From Kofleriaceae bacterium (GTDB taxonomy: Bacteria; Myxococcota_A; Polyangia; Haliangiales; Haliangiaceae): 64,000 nt of DNA. Below the pieces are notes generated by a model that saw only the letters and a program-made list of their open reading frames with translations, made no database searches and was not told where the DNA came from. This document shows, piece after piece, positions 11,522-21,978 of this stretch (the stretch's first letter is position 1; each line of letters begins with the position of its first letter). Both the position numbers and the translations under genes were made by a program. The stretch covers positions 96,001-160,000 of the forward strand of contig CBDCCZ010000012.1 in assembly GCA_965215005.1 (NCBI GenBank), given 5' to 3'.

Positions 11522-13633
11522 ATGCGATTTTCTCGGCTGTCGCTATGGAGTCCGTTGCTAGCAGCATTCCTCGGGCTCGTCGTAGGCTGCGGCGACGATG
11601 GCAACGCAGCGGGTGGCGATGGCGGCTCCGGCACCAACGTCGACGCCGGCGCGGGTGCCGATGCAAATCCCGGCGAGCCGCAATGCGTGTTCGCGCCCAC
11701 CGGCCAGTTCAATCCCGCCATCGAGTGCTCGTGGAACGGTCCGCCCATGGCGGCCGCCTATCCGCAGCACGATGACGTCGTGATGACCCCGGTGGTCATC
11801 AACCTCACCGACGACAACGGCGACGGCGCGGTCGATCTAGACGACATTCCCGATATCGCCTTCGTCGCGTATCCACTGCAGACAGGTGCTGCGTGCCCGG
11901 CAGGCGCCACGTGCGGCTGCTGCAACTCCAGCGGCGTGCTGCGGGTGGTCTCGGGAAGCTGCACCGACGGCACCCTCAGTGAGCACTATGTCGTGGGTCC
12001 CACCGAGATCGAAGCCGCTCTGGGCGTTGCCGGAGTGTGGCTCGATAACTCCGGTGGGTTGGCCGTAGGCGATATCAACGGCGACGGCGCCGCGGAGATC
12101 GTTGCCACGGCGCTCGGCGGCGGAACGATCGCCTTCAAGAACGACGGCACCCCGCTTTGGTATCAACCCATGTATCCCACCGGGGCCGACCATCTCGCGG
12201 CGACTCAGCCGGCACTGGCCGACGTCGATGGCGACGGCACGGCGGAGATCGTTCAAGGGCGCGTCGTGCTCAACGGCGAGGACGGCAGCCTGCAGTGGCA
12301 AGGCACCGCGGGCTTGGGCACCAATGGCTTTCTCGGACCGGTGTCGGTCGTGGGCGACGTCGATCTCAGCGGCACATCAAACGTGCTCGCCGGCGGCTCT
12401 ATCTATGAGAGCGACGGCACCGAAGCCGCCTCTGTGGTGTTTCCAACGCCGATCACGGCCGCCAACTGCCTCTCACAAGGCAAGCCTTGCGACGGCTTCA
12501 CGGCCACCGGCAACTTCGACGAGGATGACGAGGGCGAGGTGGTCATCACCCGAGCGGGAACGATCCACATCGTCAATCACGACGGCAGTCCCATGGAGCG
12601 CGATGGAGCCCCGGTGCGGATCGCCATCCCGGTCGATGACTGCGTCTACAACGAGGGTGGTCCGCCCACCGTCGCCGACTTCGATGGCGACGGCGAGCCG
12701 GAGATCGGCGTCGCCGGGGCCGACTTCTACGTCGTTGCCGATCTCGAGTGTCTGGTAACGCCGCTGCCGGCGCAGTGCAGTGATCCCGGCATCCGCTGGA
12801 AGACCGCCAACAACGACTGCTCGTCGCGGGTCACCGGCTCGAGCGTGTTCGACTTCGATGGCGACGGCAAAGCCGAGGTCGTCTACGCCGACGAAGTGCG
12901 GTTTCAGATCCTGGATGGCGTGACCGGCGAGATTCGCCGCGAGATTCCCAATCGGTCGCACACCCGGCTCGAGATGCCCATCGTCGTCGACGTCGACAAC
13001 GACGGCAACGCCGAGATCGTCTTCGTCGAGAACGCCCACGGCGGTGGCATGACCGCCGGCATTCGCGTGTGGGGCGACGAGACCGACAGCTGGGTGGCGA
13101 CGCGGCGCATCTGGAATCAGCACAGCTACCACGTCACCAACGTTGGCGAGCTCGGCGAGATTCCTCGCTCGGAGCCAGTAAACTGGCTCACCGCTACGGA
13201 TGCCACCGTCTCCAAGGTAATGAACAACTTCCGGCAAAATCTGCCCGAGGCCGAGGCATTCGCCGCGCCCGATCTCACCGTCACCCTCGCCGTCGAGGCG
13301 GCCATCTGCGGACTCAGCGCGACTGTCTGCAACGTCGGCGACATCGTTGCCGGCGCCGGCGTGCGCGTAACGTTCTGGGACAACGCCACCGAGGCCGAGC
13401 TGGTTTGCGAGGCTGGGCCGGTCTCGACCTCGGCGCCGCTACCGCCGGGGGCATGTGAGACCGTGAGCTGTGCCCTCGAGCCGCCGCCGGCCGGCCCCAT
13501 CGATGTTCGCGCCTGCGTCGACAATGCCGACTACGCCTGCACCTCGCAGAACGCCGGCGGCAACAATGAATGCGACGAGAACAACAACCGCGCCGAGGTC
13601 ACCGCCGAGGAAGCGTGCGTGCCGGTAGAGTGA
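11522..13633 (+). CDS. FG-GAP/VCBS repeat lipoprotein with C-terminal CARDB-like domain
   Basis: Lipobox LVVGC, about eight DxDGDG-like motifs (DINGDGAAEIV, DFDGDGEPEIG, DVDNDGNAEIV), WNQHSYHVTNV, C-terminal PDLTV..VCNVG..ECDENNN. Confidence 0.88.
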   Translation: MRFSRLSLWSPLLAAFLGLVVGCGDDGNAAGGDGGSGTNVDAGAGADANPGEPQCVFAPTGQFNPAIECSWNGPPMAAAYPQHDDVVMTPVVINLTDDNGDGAVDLDDIPDIAFVAYPLQTGAACPAGATCGCCNSSGVLRVVSGSCTDGTLSEHYVVGPTEIEAALGVAGVWLDNSGGLAVGDINGDGAAEIVATALGGGTIAFKNDGTPLWYQPMYPTGADHLAATQPALADVDGDGTAEIVQGRVVLNGEDGSLQWQGTAGLGTNGFLGPVSVVGDVDLSGTSNVLAGGSIYESDGTEAASVVFPTPITAANCLSQGKPCDGFTATGNFDEDDEGEVVITRAGTIHIVNHDGSPMERDGAPVRIAIPVDDCVYNEGGPPTVADFDGDGEPEIGVAGADFYVVADLECLVTPLPAQCSDPGIRWKTANNDCSSRVTGSSVFDFDGDGKAEVVYADEVRFQILDGVTGEIRREIPNRSHTRLEMPIVVDVDNDGNAEIVFVENAHGGGMTAGIRVWGDETDSWVATRRIWNQHSYHVTNVGELGEIPRSEPVNWLTATDATVSKVMNNFRQNLPEAEAFAAPDLTVTLAVEAAICGLSATVCNVGDIVAGAGVRVTFWDNATEAELVCEAGPVSTSAPLPPGACETVSCALEPPPAGPIDVRACVDNADYACTSQNAGGNNECDENNNRAEVTAEEACVPVE

Positions 13634-13756
13634 TCCGGCCTCTAAGTCGCGATTGTCGCAGGAGCAACGGCGGCAGAGGTGAGAAGCAGCGCCACCCGGC
13701 GCGTGAGCGCTCGGGTGACGCGACCTCAGAGACTTGACTCGATGCAGCATTTCGCC

Positions 13757-13787
13757 AGTTGACACGACGCGTCAACTAGACTACATC
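13757..13787 (+). promoter_or_regulatory. Palindromic operator overlapping the tetR promoter
   Basis: AGTTGAC-N7-GTCAACT (13757-13777) contains TTGACA; TACATC follows at 17 nt spacing. Confidence 0.65.
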
Positions 13788-13794
13788 TGCCGTC

Positions 13795-14454
13795 ATGACG
13801 ACGGCTCAGGAACGCAAGCAGCAAGAACGCCAGGCGCGGCGGCGTCGCATTCAGCGAGCCGCGCGCGAGGTCTTCGCTGAAAAGGGTTACGCCAAGACCT
13901 CCATCGAACAGATCGCGCGGCACGCGTCGCTGTCGGTGGGCGCCATTTATCTCTACTTTCGCTCCAAGGAAGATCTTTACATCTCCCTTCTGGAGGAGAC
14001 CCTGGAGTGGTTCGAGGTCGAGCTCGGCCAGATCCGCACCCGTCCCGATTTGGATGCCTCTCGCCGCCTTCACGCGGCCTGGGAATTCCTCACCCGCTGG
14101 GCAACGTCGGATGTCGAAGGAACGCGGGTCCTGCGGCTCGTCGCCCAACCGGGGGTGCGCAAGCAGCTTTCGGAAGAGGTTGTCGAGGCGGCGGCGAAGG
14201 GAGTGGAGAGCATTCGCGAGCACCTCACCGCGCTGATCGAGGCGGCGATGAACGCCGGCGTCTATCGCCACGGCGACGCGCGGGCGACCGCGGATGTCCT
14301 CTGGTCGCTGTTCTTGGGAACCATGCTCACCGGCGACGCGCGCTCCAACCTGAGCCTTCCGGCGGCCAACTTCGCCGCCAGCGCCGAGCTCGCCTTCTGC
14401 GCGGTCGAATCGAGCCTGCGCACCACCGCCGCTCCCGCGGCCCGCGCGGCTTGA
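13795..14454 (+). CDS. TetR/AcrR family transcriptional regulator
   Basis: IQRAAREVFAEKGYAKTSIEQIARHASLSVGAIYLYFRSKEDL. Confidence 0.95.
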   Translation: MTTAQERKQQERQARRRRIQRAAREVFAEKGYAKTSIEQIARHASLSVGAIYLYFRSKEDLYISLLEETLEWFEVELGQIRTRPDLDASRRLHAAWEFLTRWATSDVEGTRVLRLVAQPGVRKQLSEEVVEAAAKGVESIREHLTALIEAAMNAGVYRHGDARATADVLWSLFLGTMLTGDARSNLSLPAANFAASAELAFCAVESSLRTTAAPAARAA

Positions 14455-14619
14455 CGCGCAGCTCATTGCCTCGCAGAGCTCCCTATCGGGGCGGCGGTTG
14501 CCGCGTCACCATCTCGCGGCCGCGGGCTCAGGGTTTGCTCGGCGCCGCGTCACATGCCGAGTTGCGGGCAAGGCGCCGGTCGTGCCGATGAGGCGCGGCC
14601 GGTTCGCCAACACCGGGAG

Positions 14620-15999
14620 CTAAAAGCCGCCGGAGATGCCGAGGCCGCCCATGATCCATGAGCTTTGGTAGTCGCCCCAGTTGACGTAGACGCCCAGTGG
14701 CTCGGCCGACTCATCGCGGATCGGCGTGAGCTGCGGCGCGCGCCCCACGTCAGGGGAAACGGTCCGATCCTCGACCGCGGCAAAGCCCACCATGGCATGC
14801 ACTGCGAGTCCGCCGAAGCGGTAGCCAAGGCCACCCGTGATGAGGTGCTTGGCGCCGTCGGCGGTGATGACGCTCAGGGTTCTCTCGGGAGCGGCGGCAG
14901 TCTCGTAGGCATACCCGAGCAGCACGTCGAGCGGCAGCGAGGCCAGCGGCCTGCCCTCACCTCCCAGGTGCACCGCGTAGGTATTTTGAAAGTCGCGCGG
15001 GATGCGGAGCGGACCGATCTCGTAGCTTCCCACCCCCGGTGCGCCCTCGATGCGGACGTTCTGCGGGTCGATCAGAAACTCGTCGTGCTGCGACCAAAAC
15101 TCGACGCTTGCGGCGAGCTCGAGGCGCAACCGCTCGCTCGGCGACAGCTCAACCCCGGCGCGCGCAGTCGCAGGCAACGTGAACGAAACGTCGGCGCGAT
15201 CCCCCATCACCTCAGCACCATTATAAAAGCCAGAAGATGGCAGCCGCGTCTCGAAATCGCCTTCGCCAGCAATGAAGAACGGCAGCTGAAACGAAGCGCC
15301 GAGCCGAAGCGATGCGCTCACGTCGTACTGCACTCCGAGCACGGCCGAAGGGTTGAATAAATCGGTCTGCTTTACCTTCCCGATGGCATCGAACTCGGGA
15401 TCTTCGGGCGCGCAGACGGTTTGACCAGGGCAGCCGCTGAAAACCAGCGTCGACACCAGGTGAAAGACCATGTTCTGAATCCCCGCCCCGACGCGCAGCC
15501 GATCGCTGACTCGATACGCTACCGACGCTTGTACGATGAACAGCAGCGACTCACTCAGGTCGATGACCGAGTACCGCTGCGCACCGTCCTCGGGATACCG
15601 CACCAACGCCGCGTAAGGTGCATAAACGCCGCCGGCAACTGTGAGCCGATCGTCGAGATCAACGGCAACTCCCAAGGTTGGGATGGGCAAACCAGCCGCC
15701 TCGTCGTCGACCACGTCACGGGGATTGTTGCCCGAGTCGATTCGCCGGTAGCTCACCGACTGGTCGACGTAGCCAAGATCAAAGAGGAACGTGCGCGCCG
15801 CATGTCCATCACCGCGCATGCCCAGGCCGGCCGGATTGAACCACTGCGCATTGAGGTCATCGGCGCCTGCGACGAACGCGCCGGCTCGAGCCGAGGGCCG
15901 AACCCCGCGAGTGGGAAGCTGCAGGCCACCCGCCCCGGCAGGCTCTACGCCGAGAAACCAGGCCGCGGCGAACGCCGCGACCCAATAGATGCGCTTCAC
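14620..15999 (-). CDS. fadL: FadL/OmpP1 family outer-membrane transporter
   Basis: Signal peptide, mature N-terminus GGLQLP..ARAGAFVAGADDLNAQWFNPAGL (NPA hatch motif), amphipathic strands, terminal Phe. Confidence 0.88.
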   Translation of the reverse strand: MKRIYWVAAFAAAWFLGVEPAGAGGLQLPTRGVRPSARAGAFVAGADDLNAQWFNPAGLGMRGDGHAARTFLFDLGYVDQSVSYRRIDSGNNPRDVVDDEAAGLPIPTLGVAVDLDDRLTVAGGVYAPYAALVRYPEDGAQRYSVIDLSESLLFIVQASVAYRVSDRLRVGAGIQNMVFHLVSTLVFSGCPGQTVCAPEDPEFDAIGKVKQTDLFNPSAVLGVQYDVSASLRLGASFQLPFFIAGEGDFETRLPSSGFYNGAEVMGDRADVSFTLPATARAGVELSPSERLRLELAASVEFWSQHDEFLIDPQNVRIEGAPGVGSYEIGPLRIPRDFQNTYAVHLGGEGRPLASLPLDVLLGYAYETAAAPERTLSVITADGAKHLITGGLGYRFGGLAVHAMVGFAAVEDRTVSPDVGRAPQLTPIRDESAEPLGVYVNWGDYQSSWIMGGLGISGGF

Positions 16000-18900
16000 T
16001 TGTTGCGATCCTCGATGATGCGAATGAATTTGCGCAGGCCGCGCTTCTCTTCATTGAGAAACTGCGCGAGCCCATCGAGCAATGCGCGGTAGTCGGCTGC
16101 CGTGTAGCGCTCGCCAAGATCTTCCCACGGCCGTGCGCGCTTGACCTCGCTGATGCCGTCGATGAGATCACCCACCGCCGTGTGACCCGCCCGCGGCACC
16201 ACATAAAGGTTGCGAAGCATGGCTGTGAGCGTCTGGTCGTCATCAGCTCGACGAGCACGGTTGATGAATGTCAGCTGCGCGTCGAGCCAGCCCCGACTCG
16301 GCTCGAGTGCCTGCCCCACCACCTGAGCGATGGGAACGAAATCTCGATCATCGAGCGCGAGCTGGAACAAGTCTGCCATGCCGGTGAGCGAGGCGCGGAA
16401 CGACTCGTTGTGCTCCGCTTCATTGACGAGATAGGCCAGCAGCGACTCGAGCTGCGCCCGCGCCTCGGGGCTCGCCTGCAGCGACAGGACGAAGTCAGCG
16501 GCGCCAGCAAACAGCGGCCCCGAGAGCATCTCCTCCGCGTCGCCGATGAGCTCTTGCGATAGCCATTCTTGCCGATCGCCAGCGGCATCGTGCGCCGCGA
16601 GCCTGGCGCTCACAAAGTCGATGAGCGCGACACCGACGCCACGCACCCGCGGGTTGCGAAACCGATAGCCCTCGGCTCCCGCGTCGCCGCGAACCAAGAC
16701 ATCGACCAGATCCGCTGCGGAATCCCGCCACGCCTGCCCTTCCGAGCCAGAGCTGGCGATGCGATCCGACTTGGCTGCGTACGCATCTGCGAGAACTTGC
16801 CACGGCGAAAGCTCTTCTACCGGCCGGCCATCGGCAGTCTGCGAGGTCTCTCGCCCCAGTCGATCGGTGAGACCGGGCTGCGGCGTCAGCAGATAGCGGC
16901 CCATGCCGCCGACGATCGTGATGAAGTCTTTGCCGGCCGCCGTCGTGGCGTTGAACGCAGGCGCGCTCTGCACCAACGCATCCAAGAGGGTACGTCGCTC
17001 GAGCACCTCGGCGATGAGGGGCTCGTAGCTCACGAGGTTGGAGGCCCACGCGTAGCCCGCATCATCGGGATTGCGCTGCTGGTGCGTCACCGACTCGCGC
17101 GACGGCCAGTGGTTGTGCAACACCACCAACAGGTCGACGAACAGCTGCTCCTGCCCGTGATCGGCAAATGCCTGCACGATGGGTCGGATCTGGTCGTAGA
17201 AGCCGTTGACCTCCCAGACCGGCAGCGTTCCGCCATGGGCATCGGTGTAGAGATGCCCATCGGCGCAGGTGGGCGGATCGATCATCTTTTTGATCTGCTC
17301 GGTGGGCTCGGGCAAGAACAACGACCGGCTGAGCGCCCCAGGGGTGGGGTGAGTTCGAAAGCCTGTGATGCCTGCCAGATCTTCAATCAAGCCGTCGTTG
17401 ACGGCCCATGCGACCGGAAGATTGTTGCGGTTGTCGTTCCAGTCGAAGGCGAGGTCGGCCTTGGGCAGCGGCTGGCCGTCTTTGATGATGACGTTGCCAT
17501 TGCCATCCTTGGCGTACGCGATGGATTGCACGAAGAACGTTGCGATGTTGTCGATGCGAAACAGGTCGCACGCGTCGTAGGTCAAGAGGCCACCAATGAC
17601 CGGAATGTTGACCCCAGCGTCATCTTTGTTGCAAAGCACCGCGCCGTTGGAATCGGCGATGAGGTGCAACAGCCGCTGCATGAGAGAGCGATTGAAGCCG
17701 CTATCGGCTTCGCTGCGCTCCACTGGCGTCGCAAAGCTACCCACCACGTTTTGGTCGGCGTCGTAAACGAACTGGTCTTTATAGAGGAGGTAATCGCGGA
17801 ACCGCAGCCCGAGCTCGGCGACCTCGGGTTGTTCCATGGCGCGCAAGAGATCCCGCGTGAGCCCAGGGTCGGCGAGGATCGCGCGAACCACCGGCACCAA
17901 GTCATCAAAGATCGGCGAGCCTTCCTCGAGCTGCGCTTCCGGATGCTCATCGGCCAGTCGCGCGGTCTCGACCATGGCTTCGGAGACCCGCGCCACCTCG
18001 GCCTCGCGCTCGACGAGCAGCGTGCGCGCCAGCGCCAACGTGTCGGAGATGTTGGGGTCGCGCAGGAGCTGTAGATAGCCGTACAGCAGGTCTAGGAGCG
18101 GAGCGTCGCTGGTATCGTAGCCGCGATACGCCAGCTCCTCGCCGGACTGGAAGGTCTTGGTGGTCATCTGCCGCGGCCCGAGCAACGCGGAGCTGCCGCG
18201 CAGCAGATCCAGCGCGGTCCCCTTCTGCGGATCGAAGAGCTCGATGCCATCGCGCACCAACGCGCCAAACACGGTGCGGTCGAGATCGACAAACTCGTAA
18301 AGCGGCGGGCCTTCATCGGCCACGAGTGCGCGGCCGGCGGCATCGCGATAGTTCCACGGCACTGCTTCATCGCCCGCTGGTAAGGCAAATGGCGTGGGCG
18401 GCTCGAGCTGCGTTCCCTGCGCATCGATGAACCGCCCCACCTCGTCGGTGTCGGCGAGACCATCGGCGTTGGTGTCTACGAATGGGGCCGGCAGCTCGCC
18501 GCCCACAGTAGCGACCTTGGCCAAACCGCGCCAGTCGCGACGCACCAGCGGGATCGAGCGCTCGGTGCCGAGTAGCTCCCTCTCGGTGAGCAAGAGCTCG
18601 AGAGCCAGCCTGCCGCTGCGTTGCGGATCGGCAGGCTCCTCGGTTGCCTCGGCGGCACGCATCGTCGCCGCTGCCGCCGCGACTAGATTTTGAAATTCCG
18701 CGCGCGCGCTGCCGCCTTCCACGACCGAATCCGTGACCACCAGCAGGAGCTCGTGAAGCCCGGGATAATTGACGACCGCGCGGACGATTCCGAGCGAGGG
18801 CTCGATCGGTTTGTAGCCGAGTCTCTGATTGAGGCGCTCGAGCGACTGCATCGACGCCTCGTCGCCGGCCATGAGCTTCATGAAGCCGCTCAAGCTATCA

Positions 18901-19289
18901 ATCGCCGCGATCGCCGCCCCGTCGTCATACAGGGCCAGAAATTCGTTGGAGGTGAGGTAGGCGTCGAGCTGGCCGAGAAACGTTTCCGGGAAGGTGGCAT
19001 CGACCGCGGCAGCCAGCGCCTCGCGCTTGGCCTGGAGCGCCTTGAGCGAATCGGGTGCCTCGGCCGGCGGCGCGAGCCCCAAGCGACAGACCTCGCGGAA
19101 CTCGTCGCCGCGAACGTCGACCGTGCCATCGCCGTCTTCGAGATCCTCGAGGTACGCGACGCGCTTGCACGCCAGCGTCAAGACGATCTCGCCAAAGGTA
19201 CCGGTATCGACCGGCTCGCGGGCGGTGTCGAGCTCGGACGCGCACCCCACGGTAAGACTCATTAGAAGAAGCCCAGCGACTGCTCTCAT
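15996..19289 (-). CDS. Large hypothetical lipoprotein (1097 aa)
   Basis: Uninterrupted ORF, lipobox LTVGC, DxDxDG-like motif (DTNADGLAD), several Cys, stop overlaps the fadL GTG start. Confidence 0.85.
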   Translation of the reverse strand: MRAVAGLLLMSLTVGCASELDTAREPVDTGTFGEIVLTLACKRVAYLEDLEDGDGTVDVRGDEFREVCRLGLAPPAEAPDSLKALQAKREALAAAVDATFPETFLGQLDAYLTSNEFLALYDDGAAIAAIDSLSGFMKLMAGDEASMQSLERLNQRLGYKPIEPSLGIVRAVVNYPGLHELLLVVTDSVVEGGSARAEFQNLVAAAAATMRAAEATEEPADPQRSGRLALELLLTERELLGTERSIPLVRRDWRGLAKVATVGGELPAPFVDTNADGLADTDEVGRFIDAQGTQLEPPTPFALPAGDEAVPWNYRDAAGRALVADEGPPLYEFVDLDRTVFGALVRDGIELFDPQKGTALDLLRGSSALLGPRQMTTKTFQSGEELAYRGYDTSDAPLLDLLYGYLQLLRDPNISDTLALARTLLVEREAEVARVSEAMVETARLADEHPEAQLEEGSPIFDDLVPVVRAILADPGLTRDLLRAMEQPEVAELGLRFRDYLLYKDQFVYDADQNVVGSFATPVERSEADSGFNRSLMQRLLHLIADSNGAVLCNKDDAGVNIPVIGGLLTYDACDLFRIDNIATFFVQSIAYAKDGNGNVIIKDGQPLPKADLAFDWNDNRNNLPVAWAVNDGLIEDLAGITGFRTHPTPGALSRSLFLPEPTEQIKKMIDPPTCADGHLYTDAHGGTLPVWEVNGFYDQIRPIVQAFADHGQEQLFVDLLVVLHNHWPSRESVTHQQRNPDDAGYAWASNLVSYEPLIAEVLERRTLLDALVQSAPAFNATTAAGKDFITIVGGMGRYLLTPQPGLTDRLGRETSQTADGRPVEELSPWQVLADAYAAKSDRIASSGSEGQAWRDSAADLVDVLVRGDAGAEGYRFRNPRVRGVGVALIDFVSARLAAHDAAGDRQEWLSQELIGDAEEMLSGPLFAGAADFVLSLQASPEARAQLESLLAYLVNEAEHNESFRASLTGMADLFQLALDDRDFVPIAQVVGQALEPSRGWLDAQLTFINRARRADDDQTLTAMLRNLYVVPRAGHTAVGDLIDGISEVKRARPWEDLGERYTAADYRALLDGLAQFLNEEKRGLRKFIRIIEDRNK

Positions 19290-19340
19290 CCCCTGTGTAC
19301 TCCCCGTTGGCAACGTCTACGACACATTCCGGCAACACGG

Positions 19341-19370
19341 AGGCTAGCGAAGCGCCGTCTCACCGGTCAA
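19341..19370 (-). promoter_or_regulatory. Putative sigma70 promoter for the lipoprotein-fadL operon
   Basis: TTGACC-18 nt-TAGCCT. Confidence 0.5.
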
Positions 19371-19485
19371 TCGTTAAGAGGACCTCGGAGTGGCAAAAGA
19401 GCGACGGTGCCGCTGCGATCCCTCCACGCTCAACTGCTTAGCATGCTCACGGAAGAACGCAGCGCGGCGCTTCCCACACTCAACA

Positions 19486-19558
19486 CAACGCACTGCGTCG
19501 TGGCCAACTGCTCAACGCAGTGCGTTGCGACAACGCAGTGCATTACGACAACACGTTG
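19486..19558. repeat. Array of short palindromic repeats CAACGCA(C/G)TGCGTTG
   Basis: Copies at 19486-19500, 19513-19527, 19531-19545 and a degenerate CAACACGTTG at 19549-19558; the last three start 18 nt apart. Confidence 0.7.
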
Positions 19559-19609
19559 GCGTTGGCTGCGCGGCGACCTCGCCGTTGCTCGCAGCATCGC
19601 GGCAATCCT

Positions 19610-20422
19610 TCACGGCTTGCGCGCGCGAAAGATAAACGAGCTGCCGAGGCGGATGTCTTCGTAATCGGCAAAGCCGAGCCGCGAGAGCCATGCTCGCAGC
19701 TCGGGTGGCTCGAATCGACGAATACCCGCCAACCGCGCCGCCAGTCGTCCCGCAAGCGAGCGCGACTGCGCAAACGTGCTGCCAACGTACAACCCGCCCG
19801 GACGAAGCACGCGCCATACTTCGCGGAAGACCTGCTCGGGATCGTCATACGCGTGCAGCGCGCCGCTATTGTTGACGCCCCCAACGCTCTCATCGCGCAG
19901 TGGCAGGTCGTGGGCGTCGGCGCGAAGGAACGCGACGTTGGCGTAGCCGCCAGCGCGACGCGCGGCGACCTCGAGCATCGCCCGCGAGATGTCGACACCA
20001 ACGACCAGTTGCCCCGGGGTAGCAGCGCCCATCGCACGCGCAAACAAACCCGGACCGCACGACAGATCGACCCACGGCCCGGCGCGATCGTCCATGCCCA
20101 AGCTGTTTTTGTGGATGAAGAACTCGCCGGCAAAGCCGCCGGTCGAGCCGGCCGCGCCGCTGCCGGCCATCAATCGCACGAAGCTCGGGCGCCATAGTCG
20201 CTCATAGGCGCGCGCCACCAGCTCGCTCTCCATCAAGCGCTGCTCGGCTGTGGCGGCCGTGGGCTCGCCATGGCTCACGTCGAGCAGATCGGCGACGCCC
20301 TCGGAAACTTCGTACGCCGCGCCGCACGAGGTGCACGCTAGCTGCCCGCGCCGCGCCGCGAAGCTCGGCTGCGAGCAGGTTGGGCATTTGAGCAGGCCGA
20401 TGAAGGCGGGATCCACGCGCAA
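19610..20422 (-). CDS. Class I SAM-dependent methyltransferase with N-terminal zinc ribbon
   Basis: [40 protein letters not shown]. Confidence 0.92.
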   Translation of the reverse strand: MRVDPAFIGLLKCPTCSQPSFAARRGQLACTSCGAAYEVSEGVADLLDVSHGEPTAATAEQRLMESELVARAYERLWRPSFVRLMAGSGAAGSTGGFAGEFFIHKNSLGMDDRAGPWVDLSCGPGLFARAMGAATPGQLVVGVDISRAMLEVAARRAGGYANVAFLRADAHDLPLRDESVGGVNNSGALHAYDDPEQVFREVWRVLRPGGLYVGSTFAQSRSLAGRLAARLAGIRRFEPPELRAWLSRLGFADYEDIRLGSSFIFRARKP

Positions 20423-20463
20423 CTCCTTGGAGTTGCGACTGTAAAGGAAGTCGCCGCTGGGAG

Positions 20464-21978
20464 CTAGCGGCGCGGCGGCGCGCGGTCATCGACCTCGAAG
20501 AAGAGCCGAAGCACGGCGTCGCCGCGGGGCGGAAACAGCCGCACCCGGTAGTGGCCTGCATGGGCGAAGCGCGCCGTCATTCGATAGCGGCCGACGCCTT
20601 CGCTGCGCGCGGCCACCCCCCGCGAGGCTCCGCTCGGCTCTTCGACCGCTAAGATGAGCTCAGGCGCGCGCAGTGGAGCGCCGCTCGGCTCCCAAAGCTC
20701 GAACGTGAAGGTCTGCTCGTCGCCAGCATGCAGCTGCTCGGGCAGCGAAGCCTGCAGCGCGTAGCCTTGCTCGCTCAGCACGACCGTCCGGCGCGCGCCA
20801 AGCTCAGCGGTGGGCGGCGCGCTGGCAGAAGCCGCCGCTCCCTCGGACAGTCGTTGCCCAGCAGCGCCCACCGCAACCAGCAGCAGCATCGCGATGGCCA
20901 GGGCAGCGAGCCAGCGCAAGCCGCCGCCAGCCTCACGGGACGGCGCGCTGGTTTCGAAAGCGAGCGCAGCAGAGCTGCTCGGCGTGCGCGCTGCGACGCC
21001 GGGCGCGTCATGAAGACGATTGCCGTGGACCCGGCTTGGCAAGGCGCGAGCTTGCGCGAGAGCGGCGGCCAGGTCGGCGGCGCTGGCGAAGCGATCAGCA
21101 GCGGATTTGGCCAAGCAGCGCAGAATGAGGTGCTCGAGGGGCTCGGGCAGCGGCCGCAGGCTGCTCGGAGCCGGCGGAGCTTGATGCAGGTGGGCGAGCA
21201 TCACGGCCACGCCCGGCCCATCGAAGGGCACGCACCCCGTCACCATCCGGTAAAGGACCACGCCAAGACTATAGAGGTCGGCCGCAGGACCAACGGTCTC
21301 GCCGCGCGCTTGCTCGGGTGCCACGTAGTGCGGCGTTCCGAGCACCGCGCCAGCGGCGGTTAGTGCCCCTTCCACCAGGGTGCGCGCGCCATCGGCGAGG
21401 CGTGCGACGCCAAAGTCGAGGACTTTGACCCGCAGCACGCCCCCCGGCTCCGTTACGAGCATGATGTTGGCGGGTTTGAGATCGCGATGAACGACACCGG
21501 CCGCGTGCGCGTGCGCGAGTGCCTCGGCAACCTGCTCGGCGATGGCACATGCGGTCTCGACCGGTAGCGGGCCGCTCGCCAGCGCCGCCTCGAGCGTTTG
21601 ACCGGCGGCAAGCTCCATGACCAGGCACGGCGCCCCGTCGCTGGTCGCGCCCACCGCGTGCAGCGCGACGACACTGGGATGTGCCAGCCTCGCAACCGCG
21701 CGCGCTTCGCGATCGAAACGGCGCCGCATCGCCACGTCGCTCAGCAGCGACGAATGCAGGATCTTGACCGCAACCGGGCGCTGCAGCGATCGCTGCCAGC
21801 CGCGATAGACGGTGCCGCCTTGGCCACGGCCGAGTGGCTCACCGAGCTCGAGGTCGTTCCAGAGCAGTGAGCCGACGCGCGGATCGACGACAAGCAATGC
21901 AGTGCCATCGGCGGAGCAGAACCGGGTGGCGTCGCCGAAGCGACGCATGCATGTTGGACAAGAGCGCATGAGGGCCAT
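20464..21978 (-). CDS. Membrane-anchored Ser/Thr protein kinase
   Basis: [42 protein letters not shown]-terminal CPTC..CSADG; TM helix and C-terminal Ig-like domain. Start uncertain (21969-21993). Confidence 0.93.
   Translation of the reverse strand: MALMRSCPTCMRRFGDATRFCSADGTALLVVDPRVGSLLWNDLELGEPLGRGQGGTVYRGWQRSLQRPVAVKILHSSLLSDVAMRRRFDREARAVARLAHPSVVALHAVGATSDGAPCLVMELAAGQTLEAALASGPLPVETACAIAEQVAEALAHAHAAGVVHRDLKPANIMLVTEPGGVLRVKVLDFGVARLADGARTLVEGALTAAGAVLGTPHYVAPEQARGETVGPAADLYSLGVVLYRMVTGCVPFDGPGVAVMLAHLHQAPPAPSSLRPLPEPLEHLILRCLAKSAADRFASAADLAAALAQARALPSRVHGNRLHDAPGVAARTPSSSAALAFETSAPSREAGGGLRWLAALAIAMLLLVAVGAAGQRLSEGAAASASAPPTAELGARRTVVLSEQGYALQASLPEQLHAGDEQTFTFELWEPSGAPLRAPELILAVEEPSGASRGVAARSEGVGRYRMTARFAHAGHYRVRLFPPRGDAVLRLFFEVDDRAPPRR

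Noticed and set aside
19486..19558. Mini CRISPR array
   Set aside because: Units are 15-18 nt with no unique spacers and there are no cas genes.
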